A DNA stretch of 64,000 nt from Dehalococcoidia bacterium (GTDB lineage: Bacteria > Chloroflexota > Dehalococcoidia > Lucifugimonadales > VXLM01). Below the pieces are notes generated by a model, which saw only the letters and a list, made by a program, of their open reading frames with translations, made no database searches and was not told the DNA's origin. A program made the position numbers and the translations under genes. Each line of letters begins with the position of its first letter. Positions within the stretch are counted from its first letter, which is position 1. Shown one piece after another: positions 39,970-49,864 of the stretch. The DNA is taken from the NCBI GenBank assembly GCA_963662435.1, contig OY759598.1, positions 838,507-902,506 of the forward strand, given 5' to 3'.

Positions 39970-41157
39970 ATGCAGGAAGCGGTAATAGTTAGCGGGGCGC
40001 GAACGCCGGTTGGGTCGTTTGGAGGCTCTTTGAAGGATGCTAAGGCGTCCGATCTTGGAGCGGCGGCCGCCAAAGCCGCCCTTGAGCGGGTGGACCTCCC
40101 ACCTGACGAAGTGGACGAGGTCTACTTCGGTAATGTCCTGCAGTCGGCAGAGGCGGGATACGCGGGACGCCTGGCGGGGCTGAAGGCGGGGATACCTGAT
40201 AGTGCTCCTGCAATCGCGGTGAATCGCGCCTGTTCATCCGGGCTCGAGGCGATAAACCTCGCGGCCCAGCTCATCAAGACAGGCGAGATCGACGTAGCCG
40301 TCGCGGGCGGCATGGAGAGCATGAGCCAGTCGCCGTTTCTGCTGGACTACACGGCACGCTTCGATGGCTACAAGATTGGGGAGATCCCCATGCGGGACTC
40401 ACTCCTGGAAGGGCTGACGTGTCCAGTCAATCGCTACCACATGGGTGTTGGCGCCGAGAACATCCAGGCGCGCTGGGAAATCAGCCGCGAGGACCAGGAC
40501 GAACTGGCGCTGTTGAGCCACAGCAGGGCGGTCGACGCCGTGCAGAGGGGCAGGTTCGCCTCTCAGATCGCGCCGGTCTCCATTCCGCAGCGGCGGGGAG
40601 ATCCGGTTGTGGTCGACACCGACGAAGGTCCGCGAGCCGATACAACCATGGAGATACTGGCGAAGCTGCGTCCCGTGTTCAAGGAAGGCGGCACGGTAAC
40701 GGCGGGTAACGCATCATCGATAAACGACGGGGCGGCGGCAGTGGTCATAATGTCGGAAGAGAAGGCGAGGTCGCTGGGGATCGAGCCTCGTCTGAGGTGG
40801 CAAGCCAGGGGAGCGGCGGGAGTCGATCCGGCTTTCTTCGGCATTGGGCCCGTGCCGGCGGTGCAGAAGGCTCTCAAGAAGTCGGGCATGACGGTGGACG
40901 ACATCGACCAAACGGAATTGAACGAGGCGTTTGCCGTGCAGGCACTGTACTGCATTCGAGAGCTGGAACTGGACATGGCGACGACGAACGTCAACGGGAG
41001 CGGGATCAGCTTGGGTCATCCGATTGGGGCCACGGGCGCCATTCAGACGGTGAAACTGATGGATGAAATGGACGCCCGCGACGACGAGGTAGGGATGGTG
41101 ACGATGTGCGTTGGTGGCGGAATGGGTGTCGCGACTATTTTTGAGCGGGTGAGCTAG
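39970..41157 (+). CDS. Thiolase (acetyl-CoA C-acyltransferase)
   Basis: NRACSSG, NEAFA, GHPIGATG, CVGGG. Confidence 0.95.
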   Translation: MQEAVIVSGARTPVGSFGGSLKDAKASDLGAAAAKAALERVDLPPDEVDEVYFGNVLQSAEAGYAGRLAGLKAGIPDSAPAIAVNRACSSGLEAINLAAQLIKTGEIDVAVAGGMESMSQSPFLLDYTARFDGYKIGEIPMRDSLLEGLTCPVNRYHMGVGAENIQARWEISREDQDELALLSHSRAVDAVQRGRFASQIAPVSIPQRRGDPVVVDTDEGPRADTTMEILAKLRPVFKEGGTVTAGNASSINDGAAAVVIMSEEKARSLGIEPRLRWQARGAAGVDPAFFGIGPVPAVQKALKKSGMTVDDIDQTELNEAFAVQALYCIRELELDMATTNVNGSGISLGHPIGATGAIQTVKLMDEMDARDDEVGMVTMCVGGGMGVATIFERVS

Positions 41158-41360
41158 GGGGACGGCGACATTCGGCCTTTGAGGGCGCGAATTAGCGCTA
41201 AGTGTTTTGGCTTCAGGCCTGAGCCGATGTAGCAGGGTTTTCGTGTCTTGCTGGACTACTGGATTCTCGCTCTCGCGGGAATGACAGTATTCTGCGGAAG
41301 CGGGGTTCTAAGAACATGACCTCAGTCACCCTATCTTCAAGAAGAACGGGGAACTAGACG

Positions 41361-41912
41361 ATGCTCCTGACCCTTGAAGAAGCAATCATAGCGATTGTTC
41401 GGATTGCCGGGTCGTTGCCGGTGCTGTGGTTCCCATTTGCGGGCGGCATCCTGGCGGTGCTGGTCGACTTCTCCGACCTGTTCATGATGAACCTGTTGAA
41501 CCTTGGTGGCGTTCGCGACTACCAGGTGTTTGACAAGTGGGTCGACCAGGTGTACATGGTGGCGTTTCTCGTGGTGGCGCTGCGCTGGAAGGGTGTGCCG
41601 CGCTACGTGGCAATTGGCCTGTTTGCCTACAGACTCATCGGGTTCGCGTACTTCGAGTTCGTCGATTCATGGCGTGGGATATTGCTGATCTTCCCGAATG
41701 TCTTCGAGTTTTGGTTCCTGTTTGTTGCCGGTCTGAACCGCATAAGGCCGAACTACGAGATGACGTGGAAGCACGCGGCGTTGTGGCTGATTCCGCTGAT
41801 TGTCCTAAAGGAATTCCAGGAGTACGTGCTGCACTGGGGCAAGTGGCTGGACAAGTACAGGGCAGTGGATGTGGTCGTGGACTGGTGGAACGTGGTGACG
41901 GGGATCTTTTGA
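41361..41912 (+). CDS. Hypothetical membrane protein
   Basis: Several hydrophobic helices; DFSD...DKWVD weakly recalls the CDP-alcohol phosphotransferase motif. Confidence 0.65.
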   Translation: MLLTLEEAIIAIVRIAGSLPVLWFPFAGGILAVLVDFSDLFMMNLLNLGGVRDYQVFDKWVDQVYMVAFLVVALRWKGVPRYVAIGLFAYRLIGFAYFEFVDSWRGILLIFPNVFEFWFLFVAGLNRIRPNYEMTWKHAALWLIPLIVLKEFQEYVLHWGKWLDKYRAVDVVVDWWNVVTGIF

Positions 41913-42063
41913 GTGGGGTGCAGAGGGCGGCTCTTGGAGAGACTCTCTTGTATTTTCGGGCTGCCTTACTCAAGGAATAGCTATGGCCATTTCTTCCGCC
42001 CCACTGGATACCGGCCTTCGCCGTTATGACGAATAAGCAAGGGATTGCAAGGCGTGAAAAGCC

Positions 42064-42450
42064 ATGACTAATGCCAAGACTGGCACGTTTGAGGACTTGC
42101 TGGAGATTACGGAAGAGGGGTTGCGTCCTATCGTGACGGCCCTGCGGGAGGTCATTGTCGCGGTAGATCCGGATACGTGCGAGGTGGTGCGGCTTGGGGA
42201 CAGGGCGGCGACGTATGGGGTGGGGCCTCGAAAGATGATCGACGGGTACACGTACATCCTTCCGCAAAAGAGATGGGTGAACCTGGGGTTCTACCAGGGC
42301 ACCGAGCTAGCCGATCCCGAAGCACTGCTTGAGGGGACGGGGGCGAAGATGCGGCATGTGAAGGTGCGCAGGGCGGAGGATGCCATGCGGCCGGAGGTCC
42401 GGGCGTTAGTTGTGGGGGCGGTGGAGCGGAGAAAAGCGTCGGGGCGGTAG
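42064..42450 (+). CDS. DUF1801 family protein
   Basis: VNLGFYQG...DPEALLEGTGAKMRHVK. Confidence 0.85.
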   Translation: MTNAKTGTFEDLLEITEEGLRPIVTALREVIVAVDPDTCEVVRLGDRAATYGVGPRKMIDGYTYILPQKRWVNLGFYQGTELADPEALLEGTGAKMRHVKVRRAEDAMRPEVRALVVGAVERRKASGR

Positions 42451-42542
42451 GGACTACTCCCAGGGAATCGACTTCCAGTAACGCCCTCACCCCAGCCCTC
42501 TCCCGCGACGGGAGAGGGGGTAAATTCAATTCCGAGAGGGCA

Positions 42543-43313
42543 CTAGTCGAGGCGGACGGGGACGCCTTCCAGGAGGCCGGCGTCGTTCATGGATACCCAT
42601 TCGCCCATGAAGGTCTCGTTCCAGGTGTCCGTGAGGGGGTGCTCCATCATTTCCTGGAAGATGGGCCAGAAGATGATGATGCCGTCCGCGCCGTCGCGGA
42701 GGGCTGCGTAGGCGGTCTCGACGCTCCTGACGAGGGCGGCTGTGATATAGGGACGGTTCTCCCAGCCGGCAAACATCTGGACGCACTCGCGGACTAGCTG
42801 AGTCGGGTCGCCTCCCATCTGCTTGACGGGCTCGCAGAAGGGGAGAATGTGAGTGGCACCCGCCTGCGCGACGGCGGCGGCTTGCGGCAGGGAGAAAACG
42901 GTTGTGCAGTAGGTCTCGATGCCCTCCTCGGCCAGACGGCGGAATGCGCCGAGTCCGTTTGCAGTGCAGGGAATTTTGATGATGATCTGGTCGGACATGC
43001 GGGTGAAGACGTGGCTGACGTCAATTAGCTCGTCGGTGGAGTGGCCATCGACCTCGACGACGACGGGCTTGTCAGTGATATCGAGGTAGCGCTGGACGAC
43101 GTCCTTGATCTGGCCGTACTTCTTGACCATGTCGTTGAGGACGACGGTGTTGGTGACGATGCCCGCCGCGCCGCGGTCCATCCAGTTCTTGAGGTCTTCG
43201 GGATCGCCGGCCAGCCAGATGGCAGGGCCTCTTCCTTGTCTCCGGGCCTGCATTACTGGGCCGGTGACCACCGGCTCCACGCCGTTCGTGCTGATTCTTG
43301 TCTCGGTTGCCAT
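42543..43313 (-). CDS. Divergent transaldolase/FSA-fold protein
   Basis: GIVTN, IIIKIP (Schiff-base Lys), TTVFSLPQA. Confidence 0.78.
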   Translation of the reverse strand: MATETRISTNGVEPVVTGPVMQARRQGRGPAIWLAGDPEDLKNWMDRGAAGIVTNTVVLNDMVKKYGQIKDVVQRYLDITDKPVVVEVDGHSTDELIDVSHVFTRMSDQIIIKIPCTANGLGAFRRLAEEGIETYCTTVFSLPQAAAVAQAGATHILPFCEPVKQMGGDPTQLVRECVQMFAGWENRPYITAALVRSVETAYAALRDGADGIIIFWPIFQEMMEHPLTDTWNETFMGEWVSMNDAGLLEGVPVRLD

Positions 43314-43577
43314 GGTGCGCCTCCAGCTTCAGGGCTTGTGTGTATTTGAGTGTCGCTGTTTCCGTGAGTATGCCATATTCGGAGGAGATTAGGAAGTAAG
43401 GACTCACCACAGAGAACACGGAGAGCACAGAGGGGTAGAAAATCCGCAGAAAGTACTGCGTGTGCGGGGGGATCTGGAATGGCTGGGACTATGGAAGCTA
43501 GCTCGATTCTGGGAACGCCGGCAAAAGATTGCTCTTCGACATGCTCAGGGTGAACGGAGGTCTTCTTGGGCACATAC

Positions 43578-44399
43578 TTAGCTGCGGCGGACGCGGCCTC
43601 TTAGGGAGAGGAAGGCGAGGGTGAGGCTGATGGAGGCTACTCCGCCGATGGCGGCGAAGCCCTTGGCGAGGGCCTCGATGTCCCAGCCCTCGGTGATGAG
43701 TGAGCGGAGAGCGCCGAGGAGGTAGGTGACGGGGTTGTAGGTAGCGAGGGTTTCCATCCAGCCGGTTAGGGCTTCCAGTGGGAGGAAGACCGTGGTCATG
43801 AAGACGAAGGGGAAGAAGAGAAGCCAGCTGGTGTTGACGGCAGTGGGGTTGCCGGTCTTGAGCGCTATGGCATAGGTGAACCCGGCGAAGGCGAGGCTCC
43901 AGACACCGGCAATGAGGACGAACGCCAGCATCCCGATGATACCGGTTTCAAACCGGACACCAACGACGAAACCGAGTATCAGCACTGGTATGGACAGGGC
44001 CACACATAGAGCAAAGTCGGCGACCATGAGGCCGAGCAGCAGAGATACCCTGTTGACGGGGGTCAGGGACAGGCGGTCGAAGTAGCCGCTCTGGATGTCG
44101 AAGACGAGCGTGATCGCGCGCGATATTCCCGTCACGGCGAATATGATGGCAACTGGAAGCTGGAAGGCCTTGTAGTCGATGCCGGGGATGTTCTCCGCGA
44201 CGTCCTGGAGCGCGCCGATGTTGACCACGAAGAAGAAGACAGGAATGATGAGGGCGGGCAGGAGGCTCTCGATATCCCGTCTCGTGGCTCTCAGCGCCCG
44301 TGACGAAACGGCGGCAAGGTCGGAAAAGAAGGCCCACCGCCGGTGGCGACGAACGCTTCGGATCGACGTCGTTCGGGCAGCATCTTCCACTGTGGTCAT
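43578..44399 (-). CDS. ABC-2 exporter permease
   Basis: Six TM segments, NPVTY; coupled to the ATPase gene. Confidence 0.9.
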   Translation of the reverse strand: MTTVEDAARTTSIRSVRRHRRWAFFSDLAAVSSRALRATRRDIESLLPALIIPVFFFVVNIGALQDVAENIPGIDYKAFQLPVAIIFAVTGISRAITLVFDIQSGYFDRLSLTPVNRVSLLLGLMVADFALCVALSIPVLILGFVVGVRFETGIIGMLAFVLIAGVWSLAFAGFTYAIALKTGNPTAVNTSWLLFFPFVFMTTVFLPLEALTGWMETLATYNPVTYLLGALRSLITEGWDIEALAKGFAAIGGVASISLTLAFLSLRGRVRRS

Positions 44400-45379
44400 G
44401 TTACCTCCGTCTCCTCGGTCTGGTCGGCACCCACCTGAATGCGACCGCCCGTGACGGTCAGGAATACGTCGTCGAGGGTTGGTGTGCGCAGGGTTATCTC
44501 GCCTACGGTGACGCCACCGCGGTCGAGGGCCAGAGCGACGTTGCCAACGAGTGCGGCCCCGTTTTCGACGGACACAACTAGCTCACGGCCATGGTCCTCC
44601 ACCTGACTGACGCCGTTGATGTTCTCGAGTGCGGCTATGGCTGCCGATGTGTCGCCTTCAATCTGCGCGATGATGACATCCTTGCCGACGGAGCGCTTCA
44701 ACTCGGCCGGGCTGCCCTCGACGGCGATTCTTCCACTGTCGATAATGCCGACGCGATCAGCGAGTATGTCGGCCTCTTCGAGATACTGCGTTGTCAGGAA
44801 TATGGTGACGCCAAGTTCCTCGTTGATGCGACGCACCTCTTCCCAGACGCGGTTTCGGCTGATGGGATCGAGGCCGGTTGTCGGTTCGTCGAGGAAGAGC
44901 ACTTTGGGATCGTGGATGAGGGCAGCGGCAAGATCGAGCCGGCGCTTCATTCCTCCGGAGTAGGTGCCGACGAAGCGATTGATGGCTTCGCCGATGTCCA
45001 TGAGTGACTCAAGCTCGGTGAGCCGCCGGTCGACCTCTCGACCGGACATGCCGAAGAGCCAGCCCTGGAGGCGGAGGATCTCCCTGCCGGTCTGCTTTGG
45101 ATCGAGGGCCGCTTCCTGGAGGGCGGCCCCGACTCGCAGGCGCACCTCTCTCGGCTCGCGTACGACGTCTTTGCCGGCCACGAGGGCCCTGCCTCCATGT
45201 GGCAGAAGGAGGGTAATCAACATGCGGACGACGGTCGTCTTGCCCGCGCCGTTGGGACCGAGGAATCCGTAGATTTCCCCCTTACGAACTGCCAGATCGA
45301 TGCCGTCTACGGCCCTTACCTCGCCGAAGTTTCTGACCAGTCCCTCGGCGAGAACCGCGTAGTCGTTGGTTTCGCTCAT
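44396..45379 (-). CDS. ABC exporter ATPase (DrrA-like)
   Basis: GPNGAGKTT, YSGGM, DEPTTGLD. Confidence 0.92.
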   Translation of the reverse strand: MSETNDYAVLAEGLVRNFGEVRAVDGIDLAVRKGEIYGFLGPNGAGKTTVVRMLITLLLPHGGRALVAGKDVVREPREVRLRVGAALQEAALDPKQTGREILRLQGWLFGMSGREVDRRLTELESLMDIGEAINRFVGTYSGGMKRRLDLAAALIHDPKVLFLDEPTTGLDPISRNRVWEEVRRINEELGVTIFLTTQYLEEADILADRVGIIDSGRIAVEGSPAELKRSVGKDVIIAQIEGDTSAAIAALENINGVSQVEDHGRELVVSVENGAALVGNVALALDRGGVTVGEITLRTPTLDDVFLTVTGGRIQVGADQTEETEVT

Positions 45380-45380
45380 C

Positions 45381-46022
45381 CTAAGAGGCCCTCCTCACGA
45401 GCATGATGCCGTCTCGGACGGGCAGGAGGACGTGGTGAACGCGTGGGTCGGCTTTGACCCGGTCATTGAGGGCGGCGATGGAACGGTCTTCATCAGTCTG
45501 AGGGTCGAGGACGCGACCACCCCAGAGCACGTTGTCTATGGCGATGACACCCCTGGGGGCCAGGAGTTCAAGGGCTTTCTCGTAGTAGTCGGCGTAGCCG
45601 GTCTTGTCGGCGTCGATGAAGACGACGTCGAACACCCAGTCGTTGAGCGTCTCGAGGGTCTCCAGCGCGGGGCCAAGCCTGAGGTCGATCTTGTGGCCGT
45701 GGGGACTCTTGGCGTAGAACTCCCTGGCGACCACCGCAGCTTCCGGGTCGATGTCGCAGGTGACTAGGACGCCGTCGTCTGGGAGGGCTGCGGCCATCAT
45801 CTGAGAACTGAACCCGGTGAATGTACCGATTTCGAGCACGCGCTTGGCTCCGGTCGCCCAGACGAGCGTCTGCAGGAGGGTACCCTCGATGGGACCTGAG
45901 AGCATCTGGGGGACGCTCATGTTCTCATAGGTGTAAGCGGTGAGCTCCTGGAGGTAGTCGGGCAAGGCGGTTGTGTGCTCGACGGCGTAACGTTCGAGTT
46001 CTTCAGAGACAAGAGTGATCAT
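45381..46022 (-). CDS. O-methyltransferase (caffeoyl-CoA OMT-like)
   Basis: LEIGTFTGFS, FIDADK, DNVLW. Confidence 0.9.
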   Translation of the reverse strand: MITLVSEELERYAVEHTTALPDYLQELTAYTYENMSVPQMLSGPIEGTLLQTLVWATGAKRVLEIGTFTGFSSQMMAAALPDDGVLVTCDIDPEAAVVAREFYAKSPHGHKIDLRLGPALETLETLNDWVFDVVFIDADKTGYADYYEKALELLAPRGVIAIDNVLWGGRVLDPQTDEDRSIAALNDRVKADPRVHHVLLPVRDGIMLVRRAS

Positions 46023-46104
46023 AATGGGTTCCTATTGGATAGAAAGTTGAGAGTATTTGCTAGGAGAGAAGGTGCGGATGGGCTACTGAGAGTTTTCGAA
46101 TCTA

Positions 46105-46134
46105 TGGGACATTTTGAGACAATTTGGGACTTTT
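46105..46134. repeat. Three phased 10-bp direct repeats
   Basis: tgggacattt tgagacaatt tgggactttt. Confidence 0.65.
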
Positions 46135-46226
46135 CCCCTTGCCAGACGATCGGCCTTGGCGAGCTGCATGCCACGCTCAATGGTAGACCATGCGTTCTTG
46201 TGTGTCAAGTACGTGGTCGTTCACTC

Positions 46227-47448
46227 CAGGGCAATCGCATCTTATTGGGCAAGGACCTTGAGTAGATAGTCATTGTCCCAGGCGGCGTCTTTTCGTTTGC
46301 CGGCGAGGCTGCGCTTGGTGGACTTTTCGGCCTTGAGCAGATTCAGGGCCATGCGGCGTAGCACAGAGAAGTTCTCTGCCCCGTTCCCGCTACGCACCCG
46401 GCTTCCATCCTCATTGAACGTCACGTCCAGCGACCAGTGCAATTGGTTCTCTATGCTCCAGTGGCTGCGCACCGCGTTGAGCAAGACACTCGCATCGTTT
46501 GGCAAGCTCGATATGTAGTAGCGCGACTCCACCGTCGTCTTGCCACCGACGAGTCGCTCGCCTTCCACCATCACCAACGTATTCAACCCCGGCCACTGCC
46601 CATCATCATCCACGTATCTGATGTGGTCGAGATCGGACACGGCCCAGCATCGACGAGTCTCGACTCGTCCGTGACCCGCATTTATCGTCTCGTGGTAGTC
46701 GTGGTCGAGACTGTCGAAGCCGGACTTACGGGCAAGGTCGAAGGTGTCATGCACATCCTCGTGCAGGCGGCCCTGGTTCTTCTTGACCGCCAGCACGTAG
46801 TCGGCTCTCTCCTCCAGGATCTTCGATGCGACCTCCTTCTGGCAGCCCATGGCGTCGATAGTCACGATGCACCCTTCGACCTGGAGCATTTCGAGCAGTC
46901 GGGGTATAGCCGTGATCTCATTGGAGCGCCCGTCTACTTTGGTCTGTCCGAGTGCTACGCCGCTCGCAGAGGCCCAAGCGCTGACCATGTGGATCGCATC
47001 CTTCCCTATATACCGGTCGTGCGAACGACGCACTCTCTTGCCGTCTATGGCTACGACATCACCTTGCAGAACCTCTCGCACAGCCAACACCCACTCGGTG
47101 AAGCAGCGCTCGAACTGCTGAGCATCCAGCTTGGCAAAGACCCTGCCAAACGTGTCGTGGGATGGAATACCGTTAGGGAGGTTCAGCATCTTGCGCAGCC
47201 AGTCCGACTTGCGCCTGCCAAACGCCTCCACGTCCACCCAACTGTCCGCACCTGCTATGACACCGCAGAGCGCAATGGTGACGATGTCCATTAGATTGTG
47301 GCGTTTGGTACGGTCAATACGCGGATCGACCAAGCTGCCAAAGTGTTCGGTCAGGGACGCTGTGTCACTCGCCATGGGTCACTCTCCACATGAGATTGAC
47401 CCCAATTCTATAACTTGTCTAAGACTTCATTTAGATGCGATTGCCCTG
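46227..47448 (-). mobile_element. Complete ISAs1-family insertion sequence
   Basis: 16-bp perfect TIR cagggcaatcgcatct; 10-bp TSD tcgttcactc at 46217-46226 and 47449-47458. Confidence 0.97.
46242..47375 (-). CDS. ISAs1 DDE transposase
   Basis: PSHDTF, AIDGK, SNEITAIP, TIDAMGCQ, HWSIEN. Confidence 0.97.
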   Translation of the reverse strand: MASDTASLTEHFGSLVDPRIDRTKRHNLMDIVTIALCGVIAGADSWVDVEAFGRRKSDWLRKMLNLPNGIPSHDTFGRVFAKLDAQQFERCFTEWVLAVREVLQGDVVAIDGKRVRRSHDRYIGKDAIHMVSAWASASGVALGQTKVDGRSNEITAIPRLLEMLQVEGCIVTIDAMGCQKEVASKILEERADYVLAVKKNQGRLHEDVHDTFDLARKSGFDSLDHDYHETINAGHGRVETRRCWAVSDLDHIRYVDDDGQWPGLNTLVMVEGERLVGGKTTVESRYYISSLPNDASVLLNAVRSHWSIENQLHWSLDVTFNEDGSRVRSGNGAENFSVLRRMALNLLKAEKSTKRSLAGKRKDAAWDNDYLLKVLAQ

Positions 47449-47595
47449 TCGTTCACTCTTGGTGAGTTGAATCGCGAAGACCCCCTCTCTGTATCTCTCC
47501 CCCGGCGGGGGAGAGATTGTAGTTTCTTAGTCGCTGCGCTCCTCAGAATGACAGCGAGAGAACAATTCGTGCAATCTCACCAACTCTGAAAAGTT
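47449..47595. mobile_element. MITE-like composite repeat, copy 2 (left end is the ISAs1 target)
   Basis: Aligns with 38635-38781 with few substitutions. Confidence 0.65.
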
Positions 47596-47609
47596 GCGCA
47601 AGCGCGTGA

Positions 47610-48731
47610 TCAGCCCAGTTCTGCTACGGAGACGCCTATCAGGGCGCCGATGGCGTAGGTGACGGCGGCGGCGGCGCTGCCGACGAGCAACATTCGCAGG
47701 GCGCCCCAGAAGGGCTTGTTTCCTGAGGCGGCAGCCAGGGACCCGCCGACGAGCAACAGGGCGACCGCGCTTAGGGCGGCGCTGATGATGACGCTGTTGC
47801 CGATGCTAAAGAGGAAAGGGAGAATCGGGACGATCGCGCCGCCTACGAAGGCCGCGAACGACGCGAGTGCCGCGCCCCAGGGAGAGCCAAGCTCGTTGGG
47901 GTCGAGCCCCAAGTCTTCGCGCGTCATGGTGTCGAGAGCGGCCTCGGCGTCGGCCATGACGCGGCGGGAGATGAGGTCGGCCTCGTCCTGGGTCAGGCCC
48001 TTGGACTGGTAGATGAGATCGAGGGTAGCCTGCTCCTCCTCCGGCCAGTCTCGAATCTCGATTCTCTGCTTCTCAATCTCGTGCTCGTAGATGTCTCGCT
48101 GGGAGCGCATGGAGACGTACTCGCCCGCGGCCATGGAGAATGCCCCGGCAAGCAGACCGGCCACCCCGGCAAGCAGAATGAAATCGGTGTTGCCCGTTCC
48201 GCCCGAGACACCCATGACGAGGCTGAAGTTGGAGACCAATCCGTCGTTCATGCCGAGCACTGCTGCCCGGATGTTTCCGCTCGCGCCGGTGGCGGTACGG
48301 CTCTCCTCCCAGAGAGGCACAGGGTCAGTCTGCCCTCGCGCCAAACCCTTGAGGACTCGCTCGTGGTGGCGTTCGTCCTTGGCGATGTCCGTGGCTTCGG
48401 GGTCGGCGTAGTATTCGCGGATCTCGCCGGACTCTTCCCAGAGCAGGAGGGGGATGACGGCGTTACTCCCAAGCGTCTTTGCCACGGCGAATCGCAGGAA
48501 GCCCAGGAAACCCAGTCGTGTGGGGGGAGCAGCCTCGATGCCGAGCTTGGTGGCCCAGACTCTGGCGTGCTCAATCTCGGAGTCACAAAGCTCCTGGAAG
48601 ACTCTCGAGCGTTCGGGATCGTCCTCGATTCGAGCGAGGGCGGAATAGAGGGCGGCGGCGTGCAGTTCGCTCTTGAGGTAGCGTCGATAGCGCGCTACAC
48701 GTCGTGGGTCAGGGGGTCCGGAATCGGTCAT
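47610..48731 (-). CDS. VIT1/CCC1 family transporter with a ferritin/rubrerythrin-like N-terminus
   Basis: E-x-x-H motifs; VLGMNDGLVS, SMAAGEYVS. Confidence 0.9.
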   Translation of the reverse strand: MTDSGPPDPRRVARYRRYLKSELHAAALYSALARIEDDPERSRVFQELCDSEIEHARVWATKLGIEAAPPTRLGFLGFLRFAVAKTLGSNAVIPLLLWEESGEIREYYADPEATDIAKDERHHERVLKGLARGQTDPVPLWEESRTATGASGNIRAAVLGMNDGLVSNFSLVMGVSGGTGNTDFILLAGVAGLLAGAFSMAAGEYVSMRSQRDIYEHEIEKQRIEIRDWPEEEQATLDLIYQSKGLTQDEADLISRRVMADAEAALDTMTREDLGLDPNELGSPWGAALASFAAFVGGAIVPILPFLFSIGNSVIISAALSAVALLLVGGSLAAASGNKPFWGALRMLLVGSAAAAVTYAIGALIGVSVAELG

Positions 48732-49579
48732 GCGATGCCCAGTTCCGCTCGGACGGCCTTGAGGCGATCTACGTTCTCCTTGTCTGGGCCCTTCTTGTCG
48801 GATCCGGGCACCTCGAGTAGGAAGGGTACATCGGCGAATGCGGGATGGGCCATGATGGTCCTGAAGCCGTCGAGTCCGATGTCGCCTTCGCCGATGTTCT
48901 CGTGGCGGTCGACGCCGGAGCCGAACTCAACCTTGGAGTCATTCGCGTGAACGGCGGCAAGGCGTTCCAGGCCAATGGTTTCATCGAATTCGGACATGGC
49001 GGCTTCGATGCCGTCGGGGTCGGCGATGCCGTAGCCCGCGCCGAAGCAGTGCTGGGTGTCGAGGCAGACCCGGATGCGGTCGCTGCCGACCTCATCGATC
49101 ATATTGCCAATCTCGGCAAACTTGGAGCCAATATGGTCGCCCGCGCCCGCACTGTTTTCTATCAGGAGGCATACGTCGGGAGGGCTGTTTTCGATGATGG
49201 TAGCGAGGGCCAGGGTCGCCTGTTCAAAGATTGCGTCGAAGCCGCGGCCCTTGTGGCTACCAGTGTGGAAGATGACTCCACTCGCGCCAAGCTGTCCGGC
49301 GGCCTCCATATTAAGGGAGAGGGAGTTTATGGACTTTTCAAGAAGCTCCTGCGGACCGCCGAGATTTACGAGATAGCTTCCGTGAATGAAGGTGGGGGTG
49401 ACTCCATGGGTCTCGGAATTCTCGCGGAACTTGATAATCTCAGCCTCTGCGAGGGGCTTGAAGGCCCACGATCGTGGTGAGGAGGCGAATATCTGGATCG
49501 CCTCGGCTCCTATATCGACCGCCCTTTTGACGGCCTTGCTGACGCCGCCTGCCGTTGAAACGTGCGCTCCTATTTTCAC
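48728..49579 (-). CDS. nfo: Endonuclease IV
   Basis: IGAHVS, HGSYLVNL, ENSAG, DTQH, HANDS, DRHENIG. Confidence 0.94.
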   Translation of the reverse strand: MKIGAHVSTAGGVSKAVKRAVDIGAEAIQIFASSPRSWAFKPLAEAEIIKFRENSETHGVTPTFIHGSYLVNLGGPQELLEKSINSLSLNMEAAGQLGASGVIFHTGSHKGRGFDAIFEQATLALATIIENSPPDVCLLIENSAGAGDHIGSKFAEIGNMIDEVGSDRIRVCLDTQHCFGAGYGIADPDGIEAAMSEFDETIGLERLAAVHANDSKVEFGSGVDRHENIGEGDIGLDGFRTIMAHPAFADVPFLLEVPGSDKKGPDKENVDRLKAVRAELGIA

Positions 49580-49864
49580 GGTTTGTTGCCCTCCTCATGG
49601 AGATTATAGGGGGTTCTGTGTTTTGGGTGCTAGGTGCCGAGGATCGGTGTGGTTCGCCGCAATGGGTGCGGAGATCGCAGTGGAGGAGAGTTGTGGAGGG
49701 CGAGGCGTGGTTTCACCTGAAAATACTAGGCATTTCTTCACCCTCACTCCAGTTCTCTCCCGCAAACGGGTGAGAGGGGTTAGTCGAAGTTCGCTTGACA
49801 TTCGGTGTCGGCGGGATACAATCACTCGCGCCGAGAGGCCAACTTGAAATGGTATGTGTGAAGC

